The position numbers and the translations under genes are program-made. Below, one piece after another: positions 12,001 to 17,900 of a stretch of 44,452 nt of DNA. This stretch comes from an uncultured Christensenellaceae bacterium. Lineage in GTDB: Bacteria > Bacillota > Clostridia > Christensenellales > CAG-1252. Location: positions 7,616 through 52,067 of the forward strand of contig CAYOYS010000002.1 of assembly GCA_964408255.1 (NCBI GenBank), written 5' to 3'. Position 1 is the first letter of the stretch. Each line of letters starts with the position of its first letter. The notes beneath the pieces are model-generated. The model saw nothing but the letters and a program-made list of their open reading frames with translations, made no database searches and was not told the DNA's origin.

Positions 12001-14645
12001 ACACAATCCACAATGCCGCCATTGATGTAGATACGATTCACACCGTATATCGTAGTGTCGTCACTGAAAAGTCTAATTACCTTTTCGCCATTTTCATGCT
12101 CCCCGTCCGACATATACTGCTCATAGCTTGCAGTGAGCCAAGTATTGGTCAAAGACTTTGTAGTTGACCCCGAACCGGCAATCGCGCCTATATGGCTAGT
12201 AGTAGCGTTCAATGTCCTCAATACATCGTTCTTGAAGTTGCTTACATCCTTAACCGTTACAACAAAATTCTTGGTGCTAAGTACCCCTCCCGTCGTTCTA
12301 CCGGCAAAACCGCCGATATCCGCGTATTTGGCTCCGCTTTTGAGGTTGGCAAGAAGCTCGCCGCGTACTGCTATATTGATATTGGAGAATTCAGAGGAGG
12401 ATGTCGCTGTTCCCACCATTCCGCCGAGATACACCGTATTGGACTGTGCCTCGAGCTTGCCCTCAATAATAATCTCCGCTTTACTGATAGCGGTTGTGCT
12501 GTAACCTGCAATACTTCCGACATTAGCCGACGATGAGGACACCGAGGATATCTTTCCACCTTGCGAAAGAGTCAGCGAAACATTGTTAATCGTCCCTTCG
12601 TTGTATCCCGCGATTATACCGACATTAATATCGGCGATATCCGCCGCCCCGTCGGTCATCGTGCCGCCCGAAAGAGTACCCGAGAACACAATCTTTACGT
12701 TTTCTACCATAGCGGTTGGATTCAACTTGGCGAACATTCCGACATTGGAATCCGCCGAGCTGCCCAAAATATGACTGCCGCTATTAAATGTTATGGTATG
12801 GTTATTACCCTTGAATTTGCCATTGAATTCCTTAATAATAGGCATTCCGACCTCAAAAGCAATATCCTGCTTTAACTCGACCGATACCCAACTTTGGTTA
12901 AGTCCCGAATTCATTTCATCGGCGAACTGAACAAGGTTGCCCGCAACGTTGATTTCCTTAGTCAAGAATATCGCATTGACAGTGGTGCTAGTCGTGAGCC
13001 CCGTTCTCGGCAAGAAATAATCGGTTTGAACGGTGACGCCATTCACCACCTTATATTCTCTATGAGTGCCGTCCGTGTATTTTGTGTTATTGGGGATACT
13101 GCTCAACCATTCGTGGAACGGAGAAGTATATATTTTCGCGTCGAATCGTATCTGCTGATTTGTAATAGATATTTCGATATTGCCGCCGCCGTAAATGTTG
13201 AGATAATGCAGAGTTCCGGTATTATCGTTGCCGTTCTGAACCAAAGGCTCTGTGAATTCTCCCACCCTTCTTGTCAGCCAAATATTGCCGCTGTTCCAGC
13301 CGACCATAGTGCCGCTACCGAGCAATATGCCCTTATAATCGTGGTCACCGTAGTCCTCTCCCTTTATCGCGCCGTCCATAAGCCCTTTGTCGCGTTGCTG
13401 ACTCAAGACATTGTGCTGAAAGTTGCCGCTGCCCGTCTTTCTTCCCACGATTCCGCCCTTATGGATGTTGCCGTTGAAACTGCTAAAGGGAGCTTGCCTC
13501 GCGGAACGCGCGGAAATTCTCGCGTTACTGCCGATAGTAACCGCGTTTTGGATAAAATACAAGGAGCTCGGAAGATAACCGATTACACCTCCCGATATCG
13601 CGCCGTCCTTGCTCGTGCTCTTACCGCCGTTCGCATATGTGCTACCGTCGAAAAGAATTATTGATTTTGTAATCGTAATATTCTCGGCTATGCCGACTAC
13701 GCCGCCCGCAGGGAATACCGCGTCGGCTTCGTTATAAAAACCAAGTACAGTTTTCTTAGTCGCATCCACTGTAGCTATGGTGCCGTAAATGTTGATTGTC
13801 GTACTTTCTATCGTACAGCCGCTCAAGCCGCCGCCGACTATGCCGCCCGCATATAGTTGATTATCCTTTGCGTCGTTATTCTGCGAGCTTTCCTCGTCGT
13901 CATCCTTATTTATGTAATAATTACGTATGTCCACAGTACCATTCATTGTCAATGTGGAGCCGACAACTTTGCCTGTCAGCTGTCCGAATAGACCGCCGCC
14001 ATATATTACTCTATCGTTGGAGTTACCGTAGAGCATCACCGTTCCCGAGGACGCCATGTTGCAACCATGGATTTCGCCTTTCATGATTCCCGCAAAACCG
14101 CCGTAATTGACGGAGCCCAAAGCGTGAAGAGTGCCGTTGAATACAAAATTCATGTCGTACAACTTGCCCGCAAAGTTTGCAAAAAGACCTCCCGACGTTC
14201 CCGAGCTTCGATGATTGTAATCGTTTGTAGGAGAAAAAGTTATAGTGCAGAAATATGCCGTTTTCTCAGCACCGTCGTATATCGCTCCGGATATAGTGGT
14301 AAGCTGATTGCACGAATAACCGCCGTTCCCCGTTATAAGGAAGTTTTTCATAAGCAAAAATCGCCTATCCTCGTCCCCCGAATAGGTCGCCGCGTAAACG
14401 AACTGCCCCGCAGTCTCAACCTTATACCATGTGGCGCCACCAAGCGTCACGGTTGCGGTAGGATTGACGGCGCTAGTTGAGCCGGTTACGGTAACTGTAC
14501 CGAGTATCGGCGCTTCTGCCGCCGCCTCGGTGTTTGCTCCGACGGGCGCCGCGATAAATATCGAAAACGATGCGGCGGCTATCAAGAACAGCGCAAGCAC
14601 CGCGGTCCAGACGATTAAGCTTTGTTGTTTTGTTGTCCTTTTCAT
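1..14645 (-). CDS. Giant secreted GLUG-motif / beta-helix-cassette repeat protein; 5' end complete, 3' end runs off the left edge (>=4,881 codons in window)
   Basis: This ORF is absent from the supplied track, which appears to list only ORFs closed by a stop inside the window. Hand translation from ATG 14645-14643 gives MKRTTKQQSLIVWTAVLALFLIAAASFSIFIAAPVGANTEAAAEAPILGTVTVTGS... and stays open for >200 codons. If it stopped in-window it would have been listed, and no minus-strand ORF in this frame (first codon base = 2 mod 3) is listed anywhere in 1-14645. Spot translations in the same frame near 12.86, 11.70, 10.49, 10.20, 9.77, 8.86, 8.07, 7.20, 6.32, 5.45, 4.23, 2.88, 2.20, 1.60, 0.98 and 0.36 kb, and at 92-3, are all open and give related motifs. 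The last readable residues are ...EHVLYTGGARLIQISEGGRIDIAHTEGAFLF. Confidence 0.9.
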   Translation of the reverse strand, partial: MKRTTKQQSLIVWTAVLALFLIAAASFSIFIAAPVGANTEAAAEAPILGTVTVTGSTSAVNPTATVTLGGATWYKVETAGQFVYAATYSGDEDRRFLLMKNFLITGNGGYSCNQLTTISGAIYDGAEKTAYFCTITFSPTNDYNHRSSGTSGGLFANFAGKLYDMNFVFNGTLHALGSVNYGGFAGIMKGEIHGCNMASSGTVMLYGNSNDRVIYGGGLFGQLTGKVVGSTLTMNGTVDIRNYYINKDDDEESSQNNDAKDNQLYAGGIVGGGLSGCTIESTTINIYGTIATVDATKKTVLGFYNEADAVFPAGGVVGIAENITITKSIILFDGSTYANGGKSTSKDGAISGGVIGYLPSSLYFIQNAVTIGSNARISARSARQAPFSSFNGNIHKGGIVGRKTGSGNFQHNVLSQQRDKGLMDGAIKGEDYGDHDYKGILLGSGTMVGWNSGNIWLTRRVGEFTEPLVQNGNDNTGTLHYLNIYGGGNIEISITNQQIRFDAKIYTSPFHEWLSSIPNNTKYTDGTHREYKVVNGVTVQTDYFLPRTGLTTSTTVNAIFLTKEINVAGNLVQFADEMNSGLNQSWVSVELKQDIAFEVGMPIIKEFNGKFKGNNHTITFNSGSHILGSSADSNVGMFAKLNPTAMVENVKIVFSGTLSGGTMTDGAADIADINVGIIAGYNEGTINNVSLTLSQGGKISSVSSSSANVGSIAGYSTTAISKAEIIIEGKLEAQSNTVYLGGMVGTATSSSEFSNINIAVRGELLANLKSGAKYADIGGFAGRTTGGVLSTKNFVVTVKDVSNFKNDVLRTLNATTSHIGAIAGSGSTTKSLTNTWLTASYEQYMSDGEHENGEKVIRLFSDDTTIYGVNRIYINGGIVDCVMDISVAAPSIRFSVPHDTSRVFTGWFTDYNCSIMVGAEHLAGSDFVPQGQSGAVFFSSVISSMIMSYDNLKTIAITTNAGQSYSGIEFILGTDISIGAADSYIPIGTLTNPFRGIFDGKSLSIMIQGGMSTGNNTMGLFGCIGAGGIVKQLNVTIDSDIGAEEDITGGAIAAYNYGTIGQDSSSNKVVVNINKTITGNIIGGIAGINNGVIKNVEVNFNQSSVNYSKYGSITASGLEDFVGSGANGIGGGAVGLNRENGILKNAIVSYNVIEPDYVESRIFGKCFSGTAYVGGIVGYNSGKVYSTVCEVELDEEGREIASVFSFADGEGIAATLIGYNDISSDTDAVWTLYVQSDPFALPNPDMPLITGKDSEKGNKLIRYGGGNIISVIEDNNVTQPYGGAITFRAIKTNQNFYNYTASLSTGELVSAFNGAAGSNFSPTITTASKPGLSGVTYYGVFVNTEITNSADFYAMAANINGGFSAHANYILNLPSSSELRLFPSDIGYASVGRGNAFVGNFNGNGYLIRLFIDSDNPLDYEGQSLFGTVSATSIVQNFGYDIEVGIVLREGSTLGGSNTAIGFVADINYGQITNIIVKTYAVIEGNETSAADYAGGIAGYNDGTIKNVSILYMYLNDLGNDYAGLIYGYNAGGVAGYNSGTIGSEYFDNVKIIINSGALVPGIEGLNNAGGVVGINDGIIRNTNTKLYGKLEADDINSYGGGVAGTNNMVIDSAVVRFYATGLLAVRGNIGGVVGYNAASARIGNSGTSDGISFVNDATMESSSVSPITAYGGIAAYNYGQILGVIAEQSGIARANDYAGGIAAVSSGTIRTIEFVLKTSGRISANVVGGAVGASSGNIYLANITINGVVGRATGVSKAGGLVGQISAGKVYNSLVYLTRDVSAAADGKKGLLAGESVMDVGVNTWAYAYNSVRTLASSSELSGFNILKIVGKDTIIGTLSAMGDISFKAMNSPYMWYNNISTQSELGNMANDTYTPDTYLTNQLHHVSYYDLKINNTADLVAMYRYINSDDLFNGVMFRLMNDISITTTLQPIGTEENKFTGIFEGNYHTITFAAGGGIAGTAYSGLFGYASKDSVIRNFIVQVNKEVILGAGTSTDAGVVAGKSEGRIENVGLNLEATPYVTGGITMGGFAGELTASSVIVNCWAIIYNQSVPTVKEGGNRGVNSIGVLGSGVLRMTFSGTRFFVEIDAEGQNAASYFGLFDNWYADISTRQLVTAVPNYAAVYGAVTKNIAGSVVSFMPISVATNLNVTASFISLDINNAAEFYNFASNINTYSDQGASFVLNAHIVLDFAYFEPVGTLEHPFTGSFDGQGNAITVIGDLVDKENVYSGLFGYVERTAVISNLIIRADYASRYEDSSEYNGQTIGDFKSIYSGFAVSLLKGKLEQVVVVLQTDTVIYNVNADSRGGIVGMVDKDAVMSNSWVVLPEFYTISAVGGVLNGEESPAMPNVLYQCGVGGLQIRIEDYVSNGVYYKQVFFDAIKYDDGPNIYGFVDNKVIDDETEPEGELTAKSGEQNWNDREILVLFLNKSIATYADLQNLAAMVNSGRNYKGVVYQQTQDIVIGSDYVPIGGQIKISSGSVGSEYKIVEFLGGYNGNGCSIIIPSTVTISARYAGIFGITGKYARISNLKLVAMGKVGNTNPNNSDYTRYAGFLTGVNYGASFKNVIVEMDKNAQVLATIESGRFAGVTSVTFNAIYEDDTIVGWEGLNIAENCWVLNYNSRFNALLNASEQQFNNTIDIAIADALSSGASKLTVQGRYNGGINVLTVVVAGQFECSFGGENIIQFTNYDTDNSAKEWYYYDELGDKQTLALANFDMYNADKTLQNKIYYASFLDSDIDSLEKLTALAKDTNAGYDLYGLTFNLIADIVIDVNTYAAIGNDNGGFNATFDGKGNRITVANGVLIEGKYAGIFGNVGEDGKVMNLIVEINGTLGRINYSESQLLSGKVKTVYAGAIAYTKGETRNVIVIGYNAAISYVLQDDSGISGAGGIGIGYDDTNLVYNSWAITKASNNIPAYGRVNEAIGDSSINVMKVIGMGALALCFEYDADSDEYIVVMENNTSIGEGRFSVLGWYGNYSKDNQLSSTLGISHYNSELGRYEPLTTGADGSYKANPGIINSRFEVLIMSTVITTVSQLESIEADVNIGGYSFENLEFSLAADIEILQPVKIGTATTQFKGTFTGSHNGVYYTITLLNGTPLFGYSSGVIRNMTVILNSKIYEFGGTVGTIAAYNGGTIENTLVVIDSNAEIKGATVGGLAGYNSGNITNSAVIIKEGALLAASTYAGGLVGRNTGNIIGSSQSEEVYWKQARSDYLEKLVRKTGEDSYEDYIIASTVLVLGSIEADTDEEADTFAGGIAGLSDGYAIINRVIVRIASSASIVACGSSVAVGGLVGRSRASLRNSVVYNEGTISAVDNGKGAIRLLYRGDFVGDISGSAINSWLISPVPPAITAVGNGYVSVNVLQINGDGKLDVSIDSANSILFFDITEYGGAIIDGWYLNNDAPITDKIGNSNKEEGTFKPNSDIMGRVVSVVYINTQLRTVQDIITMAKTVNNGLYNDNILFTLQNDIEFTNMEPLTVSIGTKTATGDYGFKHTFDGQGKTITFTNDSLITSNYLGLFGYVANGAKIRNLNVVYKSNAGLANFGNSTPHSESGAELTVSRFFGGIAGENGGTIENCTVTIGTNCRLNGVNVGGVAGINAAGGRILDTKLTNNGTIRSESYDAYNAYAGGVAGTNSGEVGGTVTDGAVSCVISHSGSTTEAAVYAKAKGSGSAYAGGIAGSNTNKIHTTDLLVSRKILSESTVSCYAGGVAGSNTGTISRLYITLESTANIGHPDLSATTISAGGIVGINVNKVSDVLVNIKAAVVADSAISIHKDNSPNKNNISNVWVYNNNTALNSKIAVINNMTYSATVAVSHSAKITEIIGAGNIIFYASLYEDGKITMFQNMNCPSEVLLENISYQESPSKLVYTSNAGLTSISANAVTRRTFNSGSELKAFSYAYNIGVQVFSGEYSLGSDITLPQGEYIPIGTEARPFDPSLTFDGKYHKITVGADVTFGEYSSIFAYNRGAIINLAVQYDRTITGNKSGGITVYNSTVLGKIERVAVYITKGITVSNPILYSTETANIDAWVISGNNMEAVTTGNNTYKVIVVNGDGSLTFNYDSLQSSIVFKAEEKEDVRFAGWGNGDIIISQYDDFFAEQANLNKYSAEFLSTNIDTLDKLLVLNDLLMMRYDSYGESFNITADFEIDIALNGFKSATPFMGAIDGKGHTLTISEGATSIFGASQGTFKNIIFDHNAVSIPLFTASATVTLTNVIVLNNNASAIIASGASPSFTAQKVFVVTNNPLSVTSSGVGIILTNATAAMSYAFGASGIDATAVEGSGQVFAGWFSSGALLSNDFTISLVNDKDYEIVFIKNIIESKAELLALAAAVANSFTLAEYSFELGADIVIDEGFVQIGTAATSFAGSLDGAGYSVTVSGAQHSLFKTFAGALSNIIIAYDASCLAETVIAEAIAPTASIIRVVGVSDGRAGFANSFEGVLTNCWLIAKEAPEVTYEIAGMNTLVAIDADTAVTLEGEDVELTIEAPDASKFLVWYNEVGEALNIEGYDKYVSSNDSNVYMFVTSINEINAPEEFSYLSTAIAHGFAGDVTLGTDIVLPADFIPVTNYTGTFDGRGHSLDLSAIATSKTIFASLASTVCNTIFIIDTEENVTLTVASGTGSVENSAVIVKGSANAQAILNAINVWLLTDNLTIDSGFTSYMYHSNGTIEVSIDLLNNKIDFLSSDNDDYYFMGYEIHDDLTVTHSYDAGYHGDTAGLSVISYYAPKVIDNVSEWNVLAYAVNEIENKSEGKTFMLGTSIIVDGTLNAITSFEGVFDGAFNSIVFADESYGGTTAIISLAADGAIRNLALILNIYTELKLLPDTGVANCWVVYYQDEAGVTITEEEDAGLDPAEHVLYTGGARLIQISEGGRIDIAHTEGAFLF
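301..12860 (-). repeat. At least 14 diverged protein-level cassettes: helical 'cap' + [PIG]-x(3-8)-F-x-G-x-F-D-G-x-G-x-x-I + GLUG-type (A/G)GG(I/V/L)(A/V)G-x-N-x-G-x-I turns
   Basis: Hand-translated motif hits (approximate kb position): 12.82 EFNGKFKGNNHTITF; 11.67 PIGTLTNPFRGIFDGKS; 10.45 GRGNAFVGNFNGNGYLI; 8.81 PIGTEENKFTGIFEGNYHTITFAAGGGIAG; 8.02 PVGTLEHPFTGSFDGQGNAITV; 7.16 GGYNGNGCSI; 6.28 IGNDNGGFNATFDGKGNRITV; 5.40 IGTATTQFKGTFTGSHNGVYYTITL; 4.17 IGTKTATGDYGFKHTFDGQGKTI; 2.83 PIGTEARPFDPSLTFDGKYHKITV; 2.15 TPFMGAIDGKGHTLTI; 1.55 IGTAATSFAGSLDGAGYSVTV; 0.94 NYTGTFDGRGHSLDL; 0.33 FEGVFDGAFNSIVF. GLUG-type turns were verified at ~10.15 kb (DYAGGIAGYND) and ~9.75 kb (VRGNIGGVVG). Spacing between cassettes is irregular, ~0.6-1.6 kb. 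Assignment to the GLUG motif family rests on motif resemblance only. Confidence 0.75.
14535..14645 (-). other. N-terminal signal peptide (or signal anchor) of the GLUG-repeat giant protein
   Basis: MKRTTKQQS (basic n-region), then LIVWTAVLALFLIAAASFSIFIAA (hydrophobic core), then PVGA|N (small residues at -3/-1, a plausible SPase I site after Ala37). There is no Cys, so this is not a lipobox. Confidence 0.7.
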
Positions 14646-14651
14646 AATTAA

Positions 14652-14657
14652 CTCCTC
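14652..14657 (-). promoter_or_regulatory. Shine-Dalgarno site of gene 2 (GAGGAG, 6-nt spacer TTAATT to ATG)
   Basis: Plus-strand ctcctc at 14652-14657 reads GAGGAG on the minus strand. The ATG is at 14645. Confidence 0.85.
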
Positions 14658-14678
14658 AATAAATCATAGGATTATGCC

Positions 14679-14690
14679 ATCTTGCAAGAT
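14679..14690. promoter_or_regulatory. Perfect 12-bp palindrome ATCTTGCAAGAT, 34-45 nt upstream of the gene-2 start
   Basis: The sequence atcttgcaagat at 14679-14690 is its own reverse complement. It sits between the intercistronic stem-loop and the RBS. It may be an operator or protein-binding site; function unknown. Confidence 0.35.
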
Positions 14691-14693
14691 TCT

Positions 14694-14731
14694 CGGAGGG
14701 ATGCGGCTCGGCATTCGCCGCATTCGCTCCG
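14694..14731 (-). other. Intercistronic composite stem-loop (5-bp outer + 7-bp inner stem, 9-nt loop), no U-tract
   Basis: On the plus strand, cggag (14694-14698) pairs with ctccg (14727-14731), and atgcggc (14701-14707) pairs with gccgcat (14717-14723). In the minus-strand transcript the stem-loop is followed by AGAAUCUUGCAAG, not a U-run, so it is not a canonical intrinsic terminator. It could be an RNA processing or stability element. Confidence 0.4.
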
Positions 14732-14742
14732 CTTGAGTTTTG

Positions 14743-14917
14743 GTTGTTACGATACGATTTCGAACGGTGTCACAGTAGTTGTCACGGCACGATTTCGAAC
14801 GGTATCGCAGTAGTTGTCACGGCACGATTTCGAACGGTGTCACAGTAGTTGTCACGGCACGATTTCGAACGGTATCGCAGTAGTTGTTACGGTACGATTT
14901 CGAACGGTATCGCAGTA
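14743..14917. repeat. Tandem direct repeat, 5 x 35 bp, overlapping the last 10 codons and stop codon of gene 1
   Basis: u1 14743-14777 gttgttacgatacgatttcgaacggtgtcacagta; u2 14778-14812 gttgtcacggcacgatttcgaacggtatcgcagta; u3 14813-14847 gttgtcacggcacgatttcgaacggtgtcacagta; u4 14848-14882 identical to u2; u5 14883-14917 gttgttacggtacgatttcgaacggtatcgcagta. On the minus strand each unit reads T[AV][IT]PFEIV[PS] followed by TGA or TAA. Only u5 is in the CDS frame (ITAIPFEIVP-TAA, stop at 14889-14887). Every unit has a TTCGAA palindromic core. Confidence 0.95.
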
Positions 14918-17900
14918 ATTGAGCCTGAGAAGAACTCGCCCGAATATTCGATAGTAACCGAGTACATTCCCGCTACGGACGGAAGGTCTTCCGATGTCTC
15001 GGCGACACCGTCTTTGTACTCGACTTGTGCAATGAGCGTAGTTCCCAAGTAATATTTGATTTTGACATTGGTGAACAAGCTTGCGTCAAAGTCGAGCTTA
15101 ACATAGCTGACGTTGCCTTCGACAGAATTGAACTCGGTATTAGACTCGTCAACGCTTTCCTTATACGCAATCAACAGCCCCGCTTTAAGGACAAGCGTGT
15201 AAGCGCCGTCCGTATATTCGCACATACCGAGCTTTATCGGTTTGGATAAAATCAAAGGATAATCCGTGCCGTCCTTGGTGTAGTACCAACGCAGTGCAAA
15301 GTAGTCGTTAGGGCATACGGAGCTTCCTCCCGGTAAGTCGTACGCTTTCAAGTACATTCCGTCATAAATCACAACATCGGGTTCTCCCGCGACCTTGATA
15401 ACAATAGGTGCGATAATCCTGAATGGGACGCTGCGTGTACCCTTGTAATTGGCGGAATTGACCGTTACAACGGCGGTGTATAGCCCTACCGCTGACGGCG
15501 GTGTCGCCAACAGGGTCTCACCGTCATAGTATTCTACCGAAACTGTCGCGAGTCCGCCTTGCACATTCGCAAGTATCATCTTTTCGACGGGCACACCCGA
15601 CGCGTTCTCCTCGTATGCCTGCGTAGTGTCGGCAACGACAATCATATCTCCGATGTCGAGCTTCTCTATAATGTAGCCGAACTCTATCGTATGTTCTAAC
15701 ACCTTATCGCCAAGGATATTGAAGCCTTCGACATACACTCGCACTTGATAATCACCTGCGTTAAGCAAGCCGATACCGACTCCCGTCTCGTTTGCGATAC
15801 TTCCGTCCGCGTTGTATTCGACAAGCTTCACAGACTCATATACCGCAACGCCCTCAACGAGAGTAATACGGAAATATTCTATAGCGGTTACCGCAACGCC
15901 CTCGTCGCAAGCGAAGCCGACGTGCTTGCTCTTGCCGTACGCGTAAATAAATTCTGTGGCTTGTTCGCCGAACATGTCACGGAAGAAATGTACCTTTGCC
16001 TCTATTTCGGCAACGTTGCCGCTAATCGTGACGGTATAGATTAAGGTCGTACCGTCCGCTAATTTTGCAATATTGCCGTTGCGGTCGTATATTCTTGGTT
16101 CAAACACGTATTTTGCGCCAATCATCGCGGTGTCCGCCGCGCCAAAATCGTTCTCGCTAAGTCCCGCATAAGGCGTGGTCACACCGTTGTAAATACGGCT
16201 TACCAACACCCAATTGGCTCTTACTGTCTTTGACACGGTGGTCTTGCCTTTCGCTACATTGACGGCAATTGTCGGGAACATAGACGCGGTAAGCTCTCCG
16301 CCTACCGGCAGCTCGACATCCGCGCTAACGCTTTCGATATGGTTGATATAGCTGCTATAGACTTGTACTTCGACATCGCGTACCCAAGTCATGCTGCCGC
16401 AATTAATCGTGCCCTTCATCAAATAAGTATCCTCAATGGCAAGATAGGGTCTATCAGACCACACGACGTCAAAATACGGAGTGTCGTCCAAGACAAAGGA
16501 CGCGCCGTCCTTTTTCACTACAATCTGCTTAATCGAATCAGGATACTCTATTGTCGAGCCTCTCTTGACCGAATAGAAGTCTTGCAAGTTGTCGCCTAGC
16601 ACAAGTCTGTCCGCAGTCACGATAACGGTAACCGCTATCTTTTGACCGAATACGACTGTCGAAACCTCGTAGTTACCATATCTGTAATTGCCCAAGCCGT
16701 CGTGGGCTATGTTGTCAAAGTTCCATTCGACCATAACGTCGATAGCCGTACCGTCGCTGTATAACAACCACAAGTAATTCGGCAAGTTGAAGTATTCGCC
16801 CAAGCCGATTTCCAAACGGTCGCTTAAGTCGTCAACGATAATCTTTTGAGCGGTCTTGCTAACGACATACTGCATATTTGCCGTATTCACCGTCTTCTTC
16901 CGCACCTTTACGGGTACTTGAACGGTCTGCGTACCCCCGATTGAGTTGCCAAGCGTAAGCTTTGCATTGTACAAGCCGCCCTTTAAGTCAAGTGATACCT
17001 CGCTGAAATCCCACGCGCCGACTTTCGCATTGGCAAAGCTAAAGCCTACGACGCCATCGGCGGCATAGCGAATCTTAGCAGTATCTACCTCGAATACGCG
17101 CTGTGTCCCGTCCTCGAATGTGACAGTGAAGCTGCCTGACGGCAGATTGAGTTCTTTCAAGAATTGGTCAATCTGCAACAACTCGATATTATTGAGTGTG
17201 CTGATAATCTTTTGCGACACATTGAGCTTGTAGCTGAATTTTTGTATGCCGCCAAGCGCAGTTCCAATCCTTGCCTCGAGGTTGAACGAACCGCCGGTGT
17301 AGTTGACCATATCATCGGTAAAGCGTGTGTCGGTACCCGCATAGTAGAACTCGACCGGCAAAGCCTCTGTTCCGCCCGTCTTGTATGTTACTAAGAGCGT
17401 CTCGGGTAGGACATAAACATACGGGTCCACCCATTTGTTGTCGAATGCAACGGTATCTATCTCTTTTTTGGCGAGCGTACAATCATAATAGATATATTTA
17501 TAACCCGCCTTAGCGTTGCCGACTTCTACCCTTACTCTGATTTGACCTCCAATATAGCCTAACACGTTAATCACGTTATTATCGGTGTCGGTATACACCA
17601 CGCTCTTTATCTCGATGCCGTATCCTGTATTAAGTACAGCGCCGCCCTCAAGCTCTACCGAAATATAGCCTAGCGCGAACGCGGGCGGAGCGTACGGATG
17701 AATGGGGCTTTCCAAGCCATAGTGCGTTGCGAACTCTTGCGCTCCCACATATAGCTTGACTATGGATTCGGAAACGACATTGATATTAACAGTTATCGGA
17801 GTAGGCTCACCTTCGACTAAGAACGTGCTTTGATACCCGCCTACGGAATTGCCGATTTCCACGTTGACCTTAAAGTTTTTCGCGTCAAATATGCCGTCAT

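Noticed and set aside
14646-14700. An internal promoter for gene 2 (TTGCAA ... TATGAT).
   Set aside because: The spacer between the candidate -35 TTGCAA and -10 TATGAT is only 13 nt. Alternative -35 hexamers at 16-17 nt are poor. Co-transcription from the upstream promoter is the simpler reading.
14694-14731. The intercistronic hairpin as a rho-independent terminator of the giant gene.
   Set aside because: In the transcript orientation the stem is followed by AGAAUCUUGC, not a U-run. I kept it only as a structured element.
14431-14736. A plus-strand 101-aa ORF spanning the gene-2 start and part of the spacer, and the plus-strand ORFs 43915..44154 and 43940..44149 over the gene-1 start.
   Set aside because: They are antisense to well-supported translation starts (RBS, signal peptides), and they have no RBS or recognisable product.
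14743-14917. The 35-bp repeat array as a CRISPR array.
   Set aside because: The units are directly abutting with no spacers, only five copies are present, and no cas genes lie in the window. It is a plain tandem repeat.
14743-14917. The repeat at the 3' end of the giant gene as a diversity-generating retroelement TR/VR pair.
   Set aside because: The units are only 35 bp. Differences between units are a few transitions rather than adenine-specific substitutions. No reverse transcriptase is present in the window.
14887-15100. A C-terminal LPXTG sortase signal, TM tail or other wall anchor on the 9,736-aa protein.
   Set aside because: I looked for one and found none. The last 60 residues are ordinary beta-domain sequence ending ...SITAIPFEIVP. 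'LPSVAG' is not an LPXTG motif and has no hydrophobic or basic tail after it.
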